Source of the DNA: Nemertoderma westbladi
Lineage: Eukaryota; Animalia; Xenacoelomorpha
Length of the DNA: 64,000 nt
Direction of reading: 5' to 3'
NCBI GenBank assembly: GCA_032718475.1
Contig: JAUCBJ010005016.1
Location: forward strand, 159,187 to 223,186
Below the pieces are notes generated by a model that searched no databases, was not told the origin of the DNA, and saw nothing but the letters and a program-made list of their open reading frames with translations. This document shows, piece by piece, positions 35,591-47,818 of this stretch (position 1 is its first letter; each line of letters starts with the position of its first letter). The translations under genes and the position numbers were made by a program.

Positions 35591-36770
35591 TGTAAAAGCT
35601 TTTGCGTCATTAACCGGTTATTTTCCCTTAAAGTACTCTGTAGTTGGTTTGCCAGGCATAAAAAGGCCGTGTCCTTGCTGTACTGGTGTTTTAGAGGACA
35701 TAAAAGTCATTTCTTATGTATTTGTACTGTATTCGTACTTTAGAGGACATAATCCACAATCTCGTGACGCGATAAGCTAGATACTCTTGAAAACAGTGTC
35801 GCTACCATGACGATGGCTAACAGCTGATATTGCCATGTCGACGTTTCTTTGTTTCTTTGTTCTCTCGTTGTTCGGTTGACCAATCAGAGCGTTTGTTGTC
35901 TCTGTGTTGGAGGTGTATACAGAGGCTCAGTAGTTCAGTGTTATGTTTTTTGCCCAGAGCCAAGGAAGAACGGCTTTGGAGTATTTTTGTGTTTTTCTGC
36001 TTTAGCCTTACACTAGTAGGCTTAATTATAAGGACATATATCCGTTATCATAACATAACATACCATACCTAATCAAACAACCTGTGCATACTTTTATATT
36101 GTTATACTGCTATTTACTGTCAGTTCTTCATAATATGGTTGATGAATTATTATATTTGGAATAACGATAAATAACCCCGAAAACCCAATATTCTTGATAT
36201 ACCGAAGGTAAGAGAGAAAGGTTACATATAACGATTGTGACTTATGTTAAAGTGGTTTGAAGTGAATCTAATGTTATTTGATAGACCCTACATGATTCGG
36301 TCCGTGTTCCTTTTATATGTGACTAAAATCAGTGAAGATCGGCAGATCAGTGTGCAGTATTGTGCAGCATTGTGTATGAGTGAGACTGATAACGAAGCAT
36401 TTCCTAAAGAATGCGCCATATATGTGAATTGTAACTAAGCCATATCGTTGTGAGTAGTTTAAGTCATAACTCTGTTTATATAGATAGAGCGCCACGTCCT
36501 AAAGGAACTGTTAATATTCCCCGAAGGTGAATAATATTGTCAGAGATTATATAATACTGTCAGTCGAATAATACATTAGGCTTACATAGCAATACGATTA
36601 AGCCGTCGAACCCAATCTCCCGGGTATATCCAGCGGGTGAATGATCGCGCACCGATTGGTTTCGACTAGTGTAGTGAATCAAATACTTGTCAGAGGCTAA
36701 AAGTGATTTATTATCTAGAAGACATCCTAATTTGGCGGGTTAAACTGCCAAAGGTCTGAAAGCGCGAACA
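35591..36770 (+). repeat. Element 1 3' LTR (1180 bp)
   Basis: Same termini as the 5' LTR. CCAAT at ~35880 and Inr-like TCAGT at ~35927 and ~35935. Confidence 0.93.
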
Positions 36771-36959
36771 CAGTGGTCGGTAAGAGTCATCCGTAGTGAC
36801 TGCAGTGTGGCACTGGGACTTAGCAGATCTCGGTTTCTACCCTACCGAGAATGTACATTGCAATGCTAGTTCATCAACTAGTTTATTAATACAACACTCT
36901 AACCTAAATTATCTATATTAACTCCTGCATCCCGTAGTGCATTTAGAAACAGTGCCGGG

Positions 36960-37460
36960 ACTACCCTGTTGCTTATTGTATTGAGGCTGATTCTATTGGA
37001 CCTACGTGCAGCCTTCAACGTGATTGACCACTCAATCCTACTTAAAACACAAGAGAATAAATATGGAGGTTACAATAACTTTGATTAAATACTATCACAG
37101 TGGCAGTTCTTGGAATTAATTGCTAAAACACTGTCCGAAGCAAAGTGTCTGAGATATTGAGTTCCTCAAGGTGCGGTGTTAGTGACATTCTTCTTTAATA
37201 TTTGCACAAGATCTCACTAAAGTTATTGGTAAACCGCTATACAACCTATTTACAGATGATACACAACTATATCTTAAATTTTTACCAGGGAGCATTGCAA
37301 GTTAGTGCAGAATGTATATCGGATATTAAGTTGCGGATGAATAAACATTTCATGAAAATGAACTCTGATTAATCGCTAACGATTATTTGGCAGAATTGGC
37401 ATCACAATACAGGCCCGCGCGAGATCTCCGTTCTACAAATCAACATATTTTAGTAGTTAC
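36960..37460 (+). pseudogene. Decayed L2/CR1-group LINE reverse transcriptase fragment
   Basis: Broken frames give LLDLRAAFNVIDHSILL, VPQGAVL, FTDDTQLY, MKMNSD and YRPARDLRS, matching the LLDLSAAFD, GVPQGSVLG and YADDTQLY motifs. Confidence 0.8.
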
Positions 37461-38766
37461 ATAATATCGTGTCGGTCAGTGTCAGTCTGTGTTGTATATC
37501 GCTTATTGCGCTCCTTAATGTATGTTTATTATATATTGTACTGTCCCTTTTACTTCCGACTTTAACTCAATTCTTATGATAAATAAATGCCACTGCAACT
37601 GGTTTGCGCTCTTGAGTATATAATATAATATATAGATGTTGCGCTTAACAAATACGCCATGTCGAAATATGTATATTGGCGCTTTTGCGACCTGTTTATA
37701 TAAGATGAGGGCGTTCTGCGGGATATAATGGCGTTTGGTAGGCATGTCATCTTAACGCCATAATGGCGATAATGCTACTTAAGACCAAAAAATTCATCAT
37801 AAGTGGCGTTTGATTATCAGTTTATATTCAAGCGTTCCTAGCACCAATTATTAACATATTATTAATCATCCTATCATCTCTTGTATTTCATGCAACGAAA
37901 AAAGCATAATGTTCCTGGGGAACGATTTATAATTCTTTTTGACGGCACCCTGGCTAGCAATAAAAAATAAACCATTTTTAATATAAACAATTAAAATGAG
38001 CATAATATTAATTAAAGCTATAAACTCATGGGGTGACTTGACTATTAATGGCATTTATTGTGGTATATAGGCCTAAGTAAAAACACGGGACCTACAGTAA
38101 ATTATCAGCAATTTACGATTTATGTTCGCATAAGAAGCCTAAGAAGTTCGCTAGGTTCACCAAAGTCAGGTTTCTTAGGATCTAATTTAGACTTTTTATC
38201 CTGCAGGCTGCATCGCATGTACCAGTTATACCAAACAGCCAATATACAAAAATTAAATACACAAGCGTGATTGGCGCAAGTTTGTGGTGCTGCTTCCCAG
38301 TGGATAGTTACTGCCCACAACTCTATTCGTTTCGTAGGCCGTTCCTTCCCCCTTTGAGGATTCACTCTTATTGTCATCTCTTGGGCTCCCTCTTGAGAAT
38401 GCCTTCATTTGTGATGCGAAACAGGACGAGCGCAACCAGTCTAGTGATGGAGACGAGTTTATTCACGAAATTGGCAAATTGTTGACCTATTTATTGTTGG
38501 CACACTGTAAACATTTTACAACTAAAGTGGCGTTTCAATTCAAATTCACATATAAAACAAATTAATAATAAGCAGAATAATTCTGCGGGTAATATTTAGG
38601 AATGTCCAGTCCAGTGTACTGTAATTTGTTTCGAAGGCCACATTATTTACATAAACTGAACCATAACGTACATGGACCTTCAAAATCATAGGCAAAACCA
38701 TACCGGTATCACCTGCACTGTGACCTTAAGAGATCTAAAGACTTACCCGAATCATCATAACCATAT

Positions 38767-39326
38767 CGTCCCTTTCATTTTGAAACCACCTATATGCCAT
38801 TTTTGCCGAAATGGTGATTTCTGCATTTCTTTATGTTAAAATGTATTCTGAATCCGATTAACACACTTAGAAGGCCATGCTCCCACGTATAACTGACTTT
38901 TCAAAACCACCTATATGCCAGTTTTGCATAGACCGCATTATAAAGAAATTTACGAAACGTTGATTTAAAATTGGAAACAACGAATCAGGAGCTAGAATTG
39001 TTGTTTATTATGATAGAGGGAGATTTGTTTTATATTTTTAAAACTTAATAATCGAATTTGTCTTAAGGGTTTTAATACTTTTTGAGTAATCATTGTGAAA
39101 AATGAAATATTTTTTTTGAAACAACCTATATCCCTATACATAGTTTCCTATCTAATATGTTACATAATTCCAATACCATAACTGTTTTTGTTTAAAATCG
39201 TTACATTTAATGGATTCAAAAGTAAATAAGACCAAAATCCTGGAATATTACTTTCAAACAAAATTAGAATCGAAAATGCCGTTTTACAGGAAATTAGATT
39301 TAGGTTGTTTGAAAATGAAAGGGACG
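38767..39326. mobile_element. 560-bp MITE with ~26-bp TIRs and ATAT TSD (Sola1-like)
   Basis: CGTCCCTTTCATTTTGAAACCACCTA ... TAGGTTGTTTGAAAATGAAAGGGACG with ATAT on both sides. Empty paralogous sites CATATCTTGAAA occur at ~40023 and ~42878. The family call is inferred from the 4-bp AWWT TSD. Confidence 0.85.
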
Positions 39327-40650
39327 ATATCTTGAAACAGAACCCTAACATGAAACCATAACACCAAAAAACGCAAAACTTAACCATACCCTTACTCTGG
39401 GCGTACTGAAGCCATTTTACATTTTTAATAACCACATTGGCAAATTGTTAACATATTTAGCTTCTGGCGCATGCCGAATATTTTATAACAAAATTGGCGT
39501 TTCATTACATGTTCGTAAATATTACAAATTGAGACAAGTTTTTTGATGTTCGTGTGCCAGAATATACTTAGTAGAAATGCAATGAAGAGCTCATATTATA
39601 TAATAATATAATATACATTATATATAATTATACAATTTATGAAGAGCTGAAGAAATCATATTGGCTATCGACAATTTTTGTCGAATTAAAACCATTTTAC
39701 GTAGATACTGGCGTTATGTAGTCTTTTATTCACGAAATTGGCATATTTATAGTTGGCACATTGTAAACATTTTACATCTAAATTGGCGTTTCAATTCAAA
39801 TTCCCATATAAAACAAATTGATAAGACATGTTATTTTTTATATATCAGAAACCAAAAAATTTACTGTCAGGAATGTCAAGCGTACATTAATTTGTTTGGA
39901 AAGCCACTGAACCAATAGCCAAACCTTAATCTGAACCATAATATGGACCATAACAAAACCATACCGGTATCATTACCTGCACTGTGACCTTAAGAGATCT
40001 AAAGAATTACCCGAATCATAATCATATCTTGAAACAGAACCCTTACATGAAACCATAACAACGATAACGCAAAACTGAACCACACTTACTCTGGGCGTAT
40101 TAAAACCATTTTATTCTTAAAATGTTACTTTTTCGCTCGAATTTAGTCCAACATCGGGAGAAAAAGTTTCACTTTTTTTCCCTAGGGAAAAAAGTAACCC
40201 ATAGGAAAAAAGTAAATTAAAATATTTTTGGCGGAATTTCTTAAATTTTATTACATATATTGAAACAGCATCGACGTAGAAAAGGTTTGCAAGTAATTTG
40301 AGCAAAATCCATTCACTCACTCACTCAAAAGTTATTGCCACTTTAGTGTCTGCGCGGCGTATCTCCAAAACGGAACTCAATATCCAATATGGGTTTAGGT
40401 AGTTAAGCGGCTCCCTAGTTACGTAATAAATTTTCGAGAATACTAAATTATTTAACATGGAGTATGGCAACATCAGGAGTTGAAGAGTACAATAATTTGA
40501 ATCGCAGTAACTATGGAAGCAATATAGTAAAATACTGCAGTTCAATTTATTTTGTAACACTACGGTAGGCTACTAATACTGTACATACATAGAATATTGC
40601 TATGTTTTATTAAAGAATTTAGCAACAAAAAAGTACCAATTTAAGAATAA

Positions 40651-40797
40651 AATTACGTATTACATGGGAATAAAAAGGTAGAACATTTTTTTTCAATATT
40701 CTCTCCACCCTTTATTAACCTCGCTGCGCTCGGTAAATAAAATGCCTCGAGAATAATGAAAAAAAGTTCTACTTTTTTTCCCAAGTCATAAATAATT
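40651..40797. mobile_element. Small palindromic element
   Basis: Imperfect ~50-bp inverted arms (AATTACGTATTACATGGGAA... / ...TTCCCAAGTCATAAATAATT) around a CTCGCTGCGCTCGG core. Confidence 0.7.
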
Positions 40798-40798
40798 A

Positions 40799-41190
40799 TT
40801 ATTCCAAAATTGTAACATTACTCAACGCCGTTAGTATTACCATCGAGTTGTTATTTAGCACTTTACAACTTTAGAGGACATTACTGCATTGTATTGGCCT
40901 GTACATTTAGTATTGTGTTTGGTGTTATTGTTTACCTGGTAACCCATGACGGCGTTAAGTAATGTCCACTAAGGGGACATTACGGGGTATATCTATTGAT
41001 AACCAGGAGGGCCTAGCTATATTATTATAACATGGCTCCAAACGCCACCATAAATATAAGCTATCTTATTTATAACATAATTTATGTCATTTTTACATTT
41101 ATTTATACAGCAACTAATATAATTTGTGCAGTTTCTATCACTTATACTGTATATGTACAATCATTTCGTAATGTTAAAATTTTGGAATAA
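40799..41190. mobile_element. ~390-bp MITE with 23-bp TIRs
   Basis: TTATTCCAAAATTGTAACATTAC and GTAATGTTAAAATTTTGGAATAA are complementary at 22 of 23 positions. Confidence 0.7.
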
Positions 41191-41197
41191 AACTACA

Positions 41198-41335
41198 TAC
41201 ATACTTGTTGCAAAGTACAGTTACAGTGTTCTGATCCTCGTGGCTTTATTTCCACTCACTCACTAACGTTCGTTCGTGTAACAAAGCCACTCGGATCATT
41301 ACACTGTAAAGTGCTACTTTACACACAAGTATGTA
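41198..41335. mobile_element. Small palindromic element
   Basis: Imperfect inverted arms TACATACTTG..TTACAGTGT..TGATCC..GTGGCTTT and AAAGCCAC..GGATCA..ACACTGTAA..CAAGTATGTA. Confidence 0.7.
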
Positions 41336-42112
41336 AATACAGTAGTTATTACATATACCCTGGCGATATGTAGACTTTTAATAGCCACATTGGCAAATTG
41401 TTTACATATTTAGCATCTGGCGCATGCCGAACATTTTATAACAAAATTGGCGTTTCATTACATGTTCGTAAATATTACAAATTTAGACAAGTTTTTTGTT
41501 GTTTGTGTGCTAGAATATACTTAGTAGAAATGCAATGAACAGAGAAGCCGGCAAAGAAATGCCCTTGTCCCATGTAAATTGTTGAGAAAACCCCCATCAT
41601 TAAAATTGCCTGACCGCATAACACGAACCTTTATCCTAACCTTAACACGAACCACATTAAAACCTTGTCATTATTACTTGTAGGGCGTACCTAGACATTC
41701 AACAGTCCGGCATACCATACAGCCATACCAATACTTCAATGCAGAAACGTGATTGGCGCAAGTTTTCGGTGCTGCTTCCCAGTGGATGTTTACTGGTCAC
41801 ACATCTTTTCGTATCATGCAAAGCGGAACCATTTCCCCAAGACAAAATACGGCAATGAACCATGTCGTATCCAGAACCTCAACAGAACCACACAATAAGA
41901 ACATATTGGCTATCGACAATTTTTGTCGAATTAAAACCAGTTTACGTAGATACTGGCGTTATGTAGTCTTTTATTCACAAAATTGGCAAATTGTTCACAT
42001 TGGCATATTTATAGTTGGCACATAGTAAACATTTTACATCTAAATTGGCGTTTCAATTCAAATTCCCATATAAAACAATTTTTTTATTTTTACACAATTT
42101 TTTATATTTTGA

Positions 42113-42650
42113 ATGATATTTTTACACTTTAATGTTGATGGAAACTTGACAACCATTGATAATAATCAACTAAGGAAGGTCGACGACTTCCAGTACCTTG
42201 GATCATGGATAGAGAGTAGCAAAAAGGACATAGAAGTTAGGAAAGCAAAGGCTTGGGTAGCTCCCAAATCACTTGAACAACAAATTGATGGTTGCTACAC
42301 AAGACTACCAAGGACATCGCTAAACATCAGCTGGAGACAACACATGACAAACGCCGAGCTTTATGGTACAATACCACCTGTATCAACCACCCTCCGTGAA
42401 CGCAGATTAAGATTCAGTGGGCACTGCTGGCGAAGTAAAGACGAGGTCATACCAGATCTACTTTTCTGACAACCAACTCATGGAAAGCGTAGTCATGGAC
42501 GACCGGCCATAACATATATAGATCAATTTGAAAGGGATACTAAACTTGGGAGAAACTAAATTGCGACAACTATGGAGAATCGGGAAGCCTGTAAGGATCT
42601 AATTTCCACTGTCCGAGTTCGCTCGACCTTGTAGTAGTAGTAGTAGTAGT
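42113..42650 (+). pseudogene. 5'-truncated RTE-clade LINE with (GTA)n tail
   Basis: VDDFQYLGSWI, DGCYTRL..LNISWRQHMTNAELYG and RERRLRFSGHCWR are typical of the RTE C-terminus. Internal deletion, stop at 42469, and a GTA-repeat tail at 42631-42650. Confidence 0.85.
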
Positions 42651-43563
42651 ATATTTTATATGTCAGAAACCAAAAAAATCACTGAGCAGAATTCTGCGGG
42701 TAATATTTAGGAATGCCCAGCGTACAGTAATTTATTTAGAACGCCACATCATTTACATAATCTGAACCAATAGCCAAACCTTAATCTGAACCATAATATG
42801 GACCATAACAAAACCATACCGGTATCATTACCTGTACTGTGACCTTAAGAGATCTAAAGACTTACCCGAATCATAATCATATCTTGAAAAAGAACCCTTA
42901 CATGAAACCATAACAACGATAACGCAAAACTGAACCTTACTCTGGGGGTATTGAAACCATTTTACATATAACCTGGCGATATGTAGACTTTTAATAACCT
43001 CATTGGAAAATTGTTTACATATTTAGCATCTGGCGCATGCCGAACATTTTATAACAAAATTGGCGTTTCATTACCCCCATAATTAAAATTGCCTGACCGC
43101 ATAACCCGAACCTTTATCCTAACCCTAACATGAACTACATTTTAAAACCTTGTCATTATTACTTGTAGGGCGTACCTAGACATTCAACAGTCCGTCATAC
43201 CATACAGCCATACCAATACTTCAATGCAGAAACGTGATTGGCGCAAGTTTTCGGTGCTGCTTCCCAGTGGATGTTTACTGTTCACACATATGTTCGTTTC
43301 ATCAGCCGTTCCATCCCCTTTGGGGCTCCACTCTTAATGTCATTTCTTGGCCTGGCCTCTTGAGAATGCCTTCATTCGTGAGGAGAAACCTACCGGTCAG
43401 CTGGCTGCCGTCGGCTGATCAGTGATTGCATTCACCAAGTTTAGCTTATTGGGGTCGGTCTGGACCAGCCCATTTATTTTGGTGAACGCAGACTTATTAA
43501 ACGAGTGCAATGATAGTTGTAATGAAGACGAGTCTGTGCTGACTAAAATACTCAACCATATTA

Positions 43564-43845
43564 GGTTCCACCTTGGTGTAGTGGTTGCATTGAATTCACA
43601 TCTCCTGTAGGTCGTGGTTTCGATCCTTACATGGGCCAGTACAGTTTTTGTTTCAGCACGAATGCTTTAAAGTGGCCAACCAGGGTTCATCTCTGCCTTG
43701 CATCCTTAAGTGGTAGCTAAATGAGTACTAGAGTTTCCTCTGGGGAGTTAAGTTCTGGGGGGACCGCACTGGAAATCAGACTTGGTGCGTAATCCCTGGC
43801 CAAGCGGCCGAAGAAAATTTACTTTTTTTACTTTACTTTACTTTA
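43564..43845 (+). mobile_element. tRNA-derived SINE with a Nin/Deu-like central domain
   Basis: A box TGGTGTAGTGG (43574-43584), B box GGTTTCGATCC (43616-43626), central GCCTTGCATCCTTAAGTGGTAGCTAAATGAGTAC resembling the Nin-domain core, and an (ACTTT)n tail. Confidence 0.7.
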
Positions 43846-46163
43846 TAACGCAAAACAGAATCATTCCTCAAAGACACACAATGAACCATGTCGTATCCAG
43901 AACCTAAGCAGAACCACACAATAAGATAATATTGGCTATCGTCACTTTTGGCGAAATATAACTATTTTACATACATACTGGCGTTATGTAGTCTTTTATT
44001 CACGAAATTGGCAAATTGTTCACATATTTATAGTTGGCACATTGTAAACATTTTACATCTAAATTGGCGTCCCATATAAAACAAATGAATAAGACAAATG
44101 GATAGATTTATTTATACATAACAGATGCACCAAAATGCATATAGGTATTGTCCAACATACTGTAGCATATAGGATTACCCCTAAAGCTTTGCAGCTTATT
44201 TCCAAGGGGGTCCTTTATGTTACTTGGTTACAAATACAATATTACACTACGCTAACCTAAAACCAATATAAAACGTAATTACACTATGTACATGTACAAC
44301 TTTACCGAGAGCGTGAGAATTGTACGACTCAACGATAAAGACGTAACTATGTACAGTACAATTTAATATTAATATAAAACGAAATTAAACTACGTACAAC
44401 TTTAACGAGAGCGAGACAATACTCCGACTCAACGAAAAATAAGTAACTATCGCCTTTAACCATTTTCGGAATATTTAAATCCTTCATTTGAACCCCATGG
44501 GCAGCACAATGCCGCCTTAATCAATTGTAAGAATATTATTGGTTAAATTGAAATTAAATTGCATAAATTATGTAATAAAATAATAATATATTACCCTCAA
44601 ACCAATAGGAATCCCTTCAAGCAATATTAAATTAACTTTTCTAGACCAGTTTTTCCTGCCGCCCAACAAGAATATGATTATATGATATAATATGATTTAA
44701 ATAAATTTAAATTTAATAACTATGCGATAACGAAAAACTTGAGACAGGGGGGGGGGGGGGGGGGGGGATGGAAGCAAAACAGTTTTAATTTTGAGAGTAA
44801 TCAACTGTTATTTGCGTCGAATTTCCCCTGGAGAGGGATGAAATTTTATTGTGTCCAGTCCCCCCCCCCCCTATCTGCAAAACTGAATCATAACATTACT
44901 CTGGGCGTATTGAGACCATTTTACATATACCCTGGCGATTTGTCGACTTTTAATAACCTCATTGGCAAATTGTTAACATATTTAGCATCTGGCGCATGCC
45001 GAATATTTTATAACAAATTTGGCGTTTCATTACATGTTCGTAAATATTACAAATTGAGACAAGTTTCTTGTTGTTCGTGTGCCAGAATATACTTAGTAGA
45101 AATGCAATAAACAGAGAAGCCGGCAAAAATAATAAATGTAAATTGTTGAGAAAACTCATATCATTAAAATTGTCTGACCACATAACCCGAACCTTTATCC
45201 TAACCCTAACTTGAACTACATTAAAACCTTGTCATTATTACTTGTAGGGCGTACCTAGACATTCAACAGTCCGTCATACCATACAGCCATACCAATACTT
45301 CAATGCAGAAACGTGATTGGCGCAAGTTTTCGGTGCTGCTTCCCAGTGGATATTTACTGGTCACACATATTTTCGTTTCATCAGCCGTTCCTTCCCACTC
45401 TGGGGCTCCACTCCATTGTAATTACAAATCACATTCTATGAATTCAATAGCTAAATTTGCAGTGAAAACATTGTCAAAGGGAGTGAAAATAATGTAGTTG
45501 ATTGTTTAACGCCATTTCTATGGAAGGAGTTAAAATAATGTTCTATTTTTAAATAAAATTTATTGGTTTTACAGTATTATATTATTAGCTTCACAATTTT
45601 TTCATTTATGGCGCATTTCCTACTAATCCCTTATTAGAAAATTCATTTTAATTATAATTTGTTAATTCGTCATTTTTTTGTATTTATTGCGCATTGTTAA
45701 CTGCGATCTGAACCAATATCATATATAAGAAAGGCGTATTTGATACATTATATCTATATATATATATGTAATATCATATTTAACACTACGGACTTAGAGC
45801 TTTCTCCCCCACTCCATGAATAATTAGATCCCCACAGGGACTGGAGAAAGCAGAACAGGCTCTACTGCTGTCCGAAATAAATTTACCTTCATAGAAGATT
45901 TGATTAGTAGTGTAATTATTAGATTTAATGCAGACCATTGCTAATGCATTGCTTTGCTCCTTCGTATGCAGAAGTCTTCAACAGCAGATATCGGAATCCA
46001 CGACCGCTTATTTTAGAGCGTTAAATTAGTCCGCAAAGTTTATTGAAATTTTCCCATTTTCTATTATATATCTATTTCTACTACCCCAACTGCACAATTT
46101 CGTCTTATTCATAAATATAAATAAAAAATGATAAAATAACCTTTGTAGGAACCCTTCATTGTG

Positions 46164-46670
46164 TGTGACGACTGAGGCCAAGTCGTGGGTTTTTTTGGTA
46201 ACTGTAATATGACGCAGCGTCATCGCGTATTGTTACCAAGCTATATGCAGGCCTGAAACAGGGACACCGCAGATAGCTTCAACTTTGATAATTGAAAACA
46301 TAAAGTATAAAAGAAGCTTTCATGTTTATTCACAGTATATCTATAACAATACAAATTGATTCTTGGCAGCGTATAAAACAGTGAGCAATAACTAATCTTC
46401 ACAACTAATAATTATGTGGCCTAAAGCTAAAATGGACCCTCCACCTAATATATATATATTGTCAACCTAATCTACGTGAGTGATAATAGAGGTGAATTCA
46501 GTGCATTGCAAGGCCAATCAGCTATTGGCTAGTTTATTATCTGGGATTCCCTCGACTGATTGGGCTTAAGCAATGCTTTGAATGTTTCCTCTTGGTGAAA
46601 GCAATGTAGGCCTATAATAAATGATTGCAGATTGGAATCGGGGTTTGATGGGCATGCTACAGCCGTGACA
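46164..46670 (-). repeat. Element 2 3' LTR (507 bp)
   Basis: Only two substitutions seen relative to 55450-55956. Confidence 0.96.
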
Positions 46671-47186
46671 GTCCCCTCTGCAATTTCGCTCGCGAATTGC
46701 ATTACTTTAACATGATATAAAAGGAAAATCTAAAATAATAATTATTCTTCTTCGATAAAAAAATATGTATTACGAAATTTGATATGAATTTGATTCCCAA
46801 AAATTAATATAAACATGGACTTCACTGAGTGCTTTGTAGTATGTACCGACACCGTAAAGCAAATGGGTCTTAACGTTCTAAAAAACTTTCACTTTCGTTT
46901 TCCTAAATTATATAATTACAAAACATGTCATAATAATTAGAGCCTTTCTTTTTAAATCGAAAATAACCTGTTGTGTGTCGCCCAGAAATTTAAAATGGCT
47001 CATAAACTTACAACAATTGGATATTTATAGAGTTTGAAGGCTGTTGTGGTGGGGGATAATTGAAATGTCAAGGAGGAAAGCAAGATTGCGTTTCTGATTG
47101 GAACACTAATAAAGTGTATCTCTATTTTAATCAGGACTCTGCTGGAAATGGAAAACACGAAACAATATTGGATTTCGGCGTATGAT

Positions 47187-47327
47187 ATGGTCAGCTAACC
47201 CGCCGAGAGCCTTGTAAGGGGATCACGGGCTGCCTACTGTTTAAATGAGGTATTAATTTAACTACAGTAAATGGTCAGCTAACCCGCCGGGAGCCTTGTA
47301 AGGGAAGGGGGTCACGGGTAGCCTACT
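47187..47327. repeat. Duplicated ~52-57-bp GC-rich hairpin motif in the element 2 3' UTR
   Basis: ATGGTCAGCTAACCCGCCG(A/G)GAGCCTTGTAAGGG..TCACGGG..GCCTACT at 47187-47238 and 47271-47327. Confidence 0.8.
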
Positions 47328-47818
47328 TATGAAAACCACAGAGACTACCGGACGTCGTCAAGTGCCTCTGGGTCAAAAGGGATGATGTGGGACTATTAAT
47401 TAAATTAGCCAAAAATCCAATAAGGTACGAGTCTTCATACAGCACAAAATATGGAAATATAATGTAGAAAATGTTCCCAAAACAAACACATTTTGATGGG
47501 GGATTTATAAATACCGGCCTTCAAATCTAAAAATAATGATATAATGAATTTTAAATCGGGAATATTTGAATTATATGAATTTCTGGGAGACAGAACAAGA
47601 ATGGTTTTCTTGTTTAAAGGTCTAACATCATGAAATATATGCTTGTTTTATATTTATGGGTCTTTACAAATTTTACTATACAAAACTCTCATAAACAATC
47701 CAAAAATTTTCTAGATTATTTTTATTGAAAAAAAATAATAGAAACAAATTTGTAAATTATAATTCCAAAGTTAATGGTTAATGAAACAATTCGAGTTCAA
47801 TAATAGAGTTAGCTCATA

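Larger units (their letters stand above)
20661..36770 (+). mobile_element. BEL/Pao (Belpaoviridae) LTR retrotransposon, element 1, full length, probably recombinant
   Basis: LTRs TGTAAAAGCT...GCGCGAACA at 20661-21904 and 35591-36770, a single Gag-Pol ORF with BEL/Pao domain order and motifs, and a purine tract before the 3' LTR. Flanks TAGTT and CAGTG do not form a TSD. Confidence 0.95.
38260..45420. repeat. Degenerate multi-module repeat cluster (about 4 partial, shuffled copies)
   Basis: Module CATTGG(C/A)AAATTGTT(A/T)ACATATTTAGC..CTGGCGCATGCCGAA at ~39434, 41387, 43001 and 44960. Module GTGATTGGCGCAAGTTT..GCTGCTTCCCAGTGGA at ~38267, 41749, 43234 and 45313. Module ACCATACCGGTATCA..GACCTTAAGAGATCTAAAGA at ~38697, 39958 and 42813. 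Confidence 0.85.

Noticed and set aside
36774-36790. TGGTCGG after the right LTR as a tRNA PBS of a downstream element
   Set aside because: It follows the 3' LTR, and the downstream DNA is a LINE remnant rather than a BEL internal region. It is probably chance, but no tRNA comparison was run.
43389-43470. 5S rRNA-derived segment
   Set aside because: The resemblance is only vague and no convincing internal control region could be aligned.
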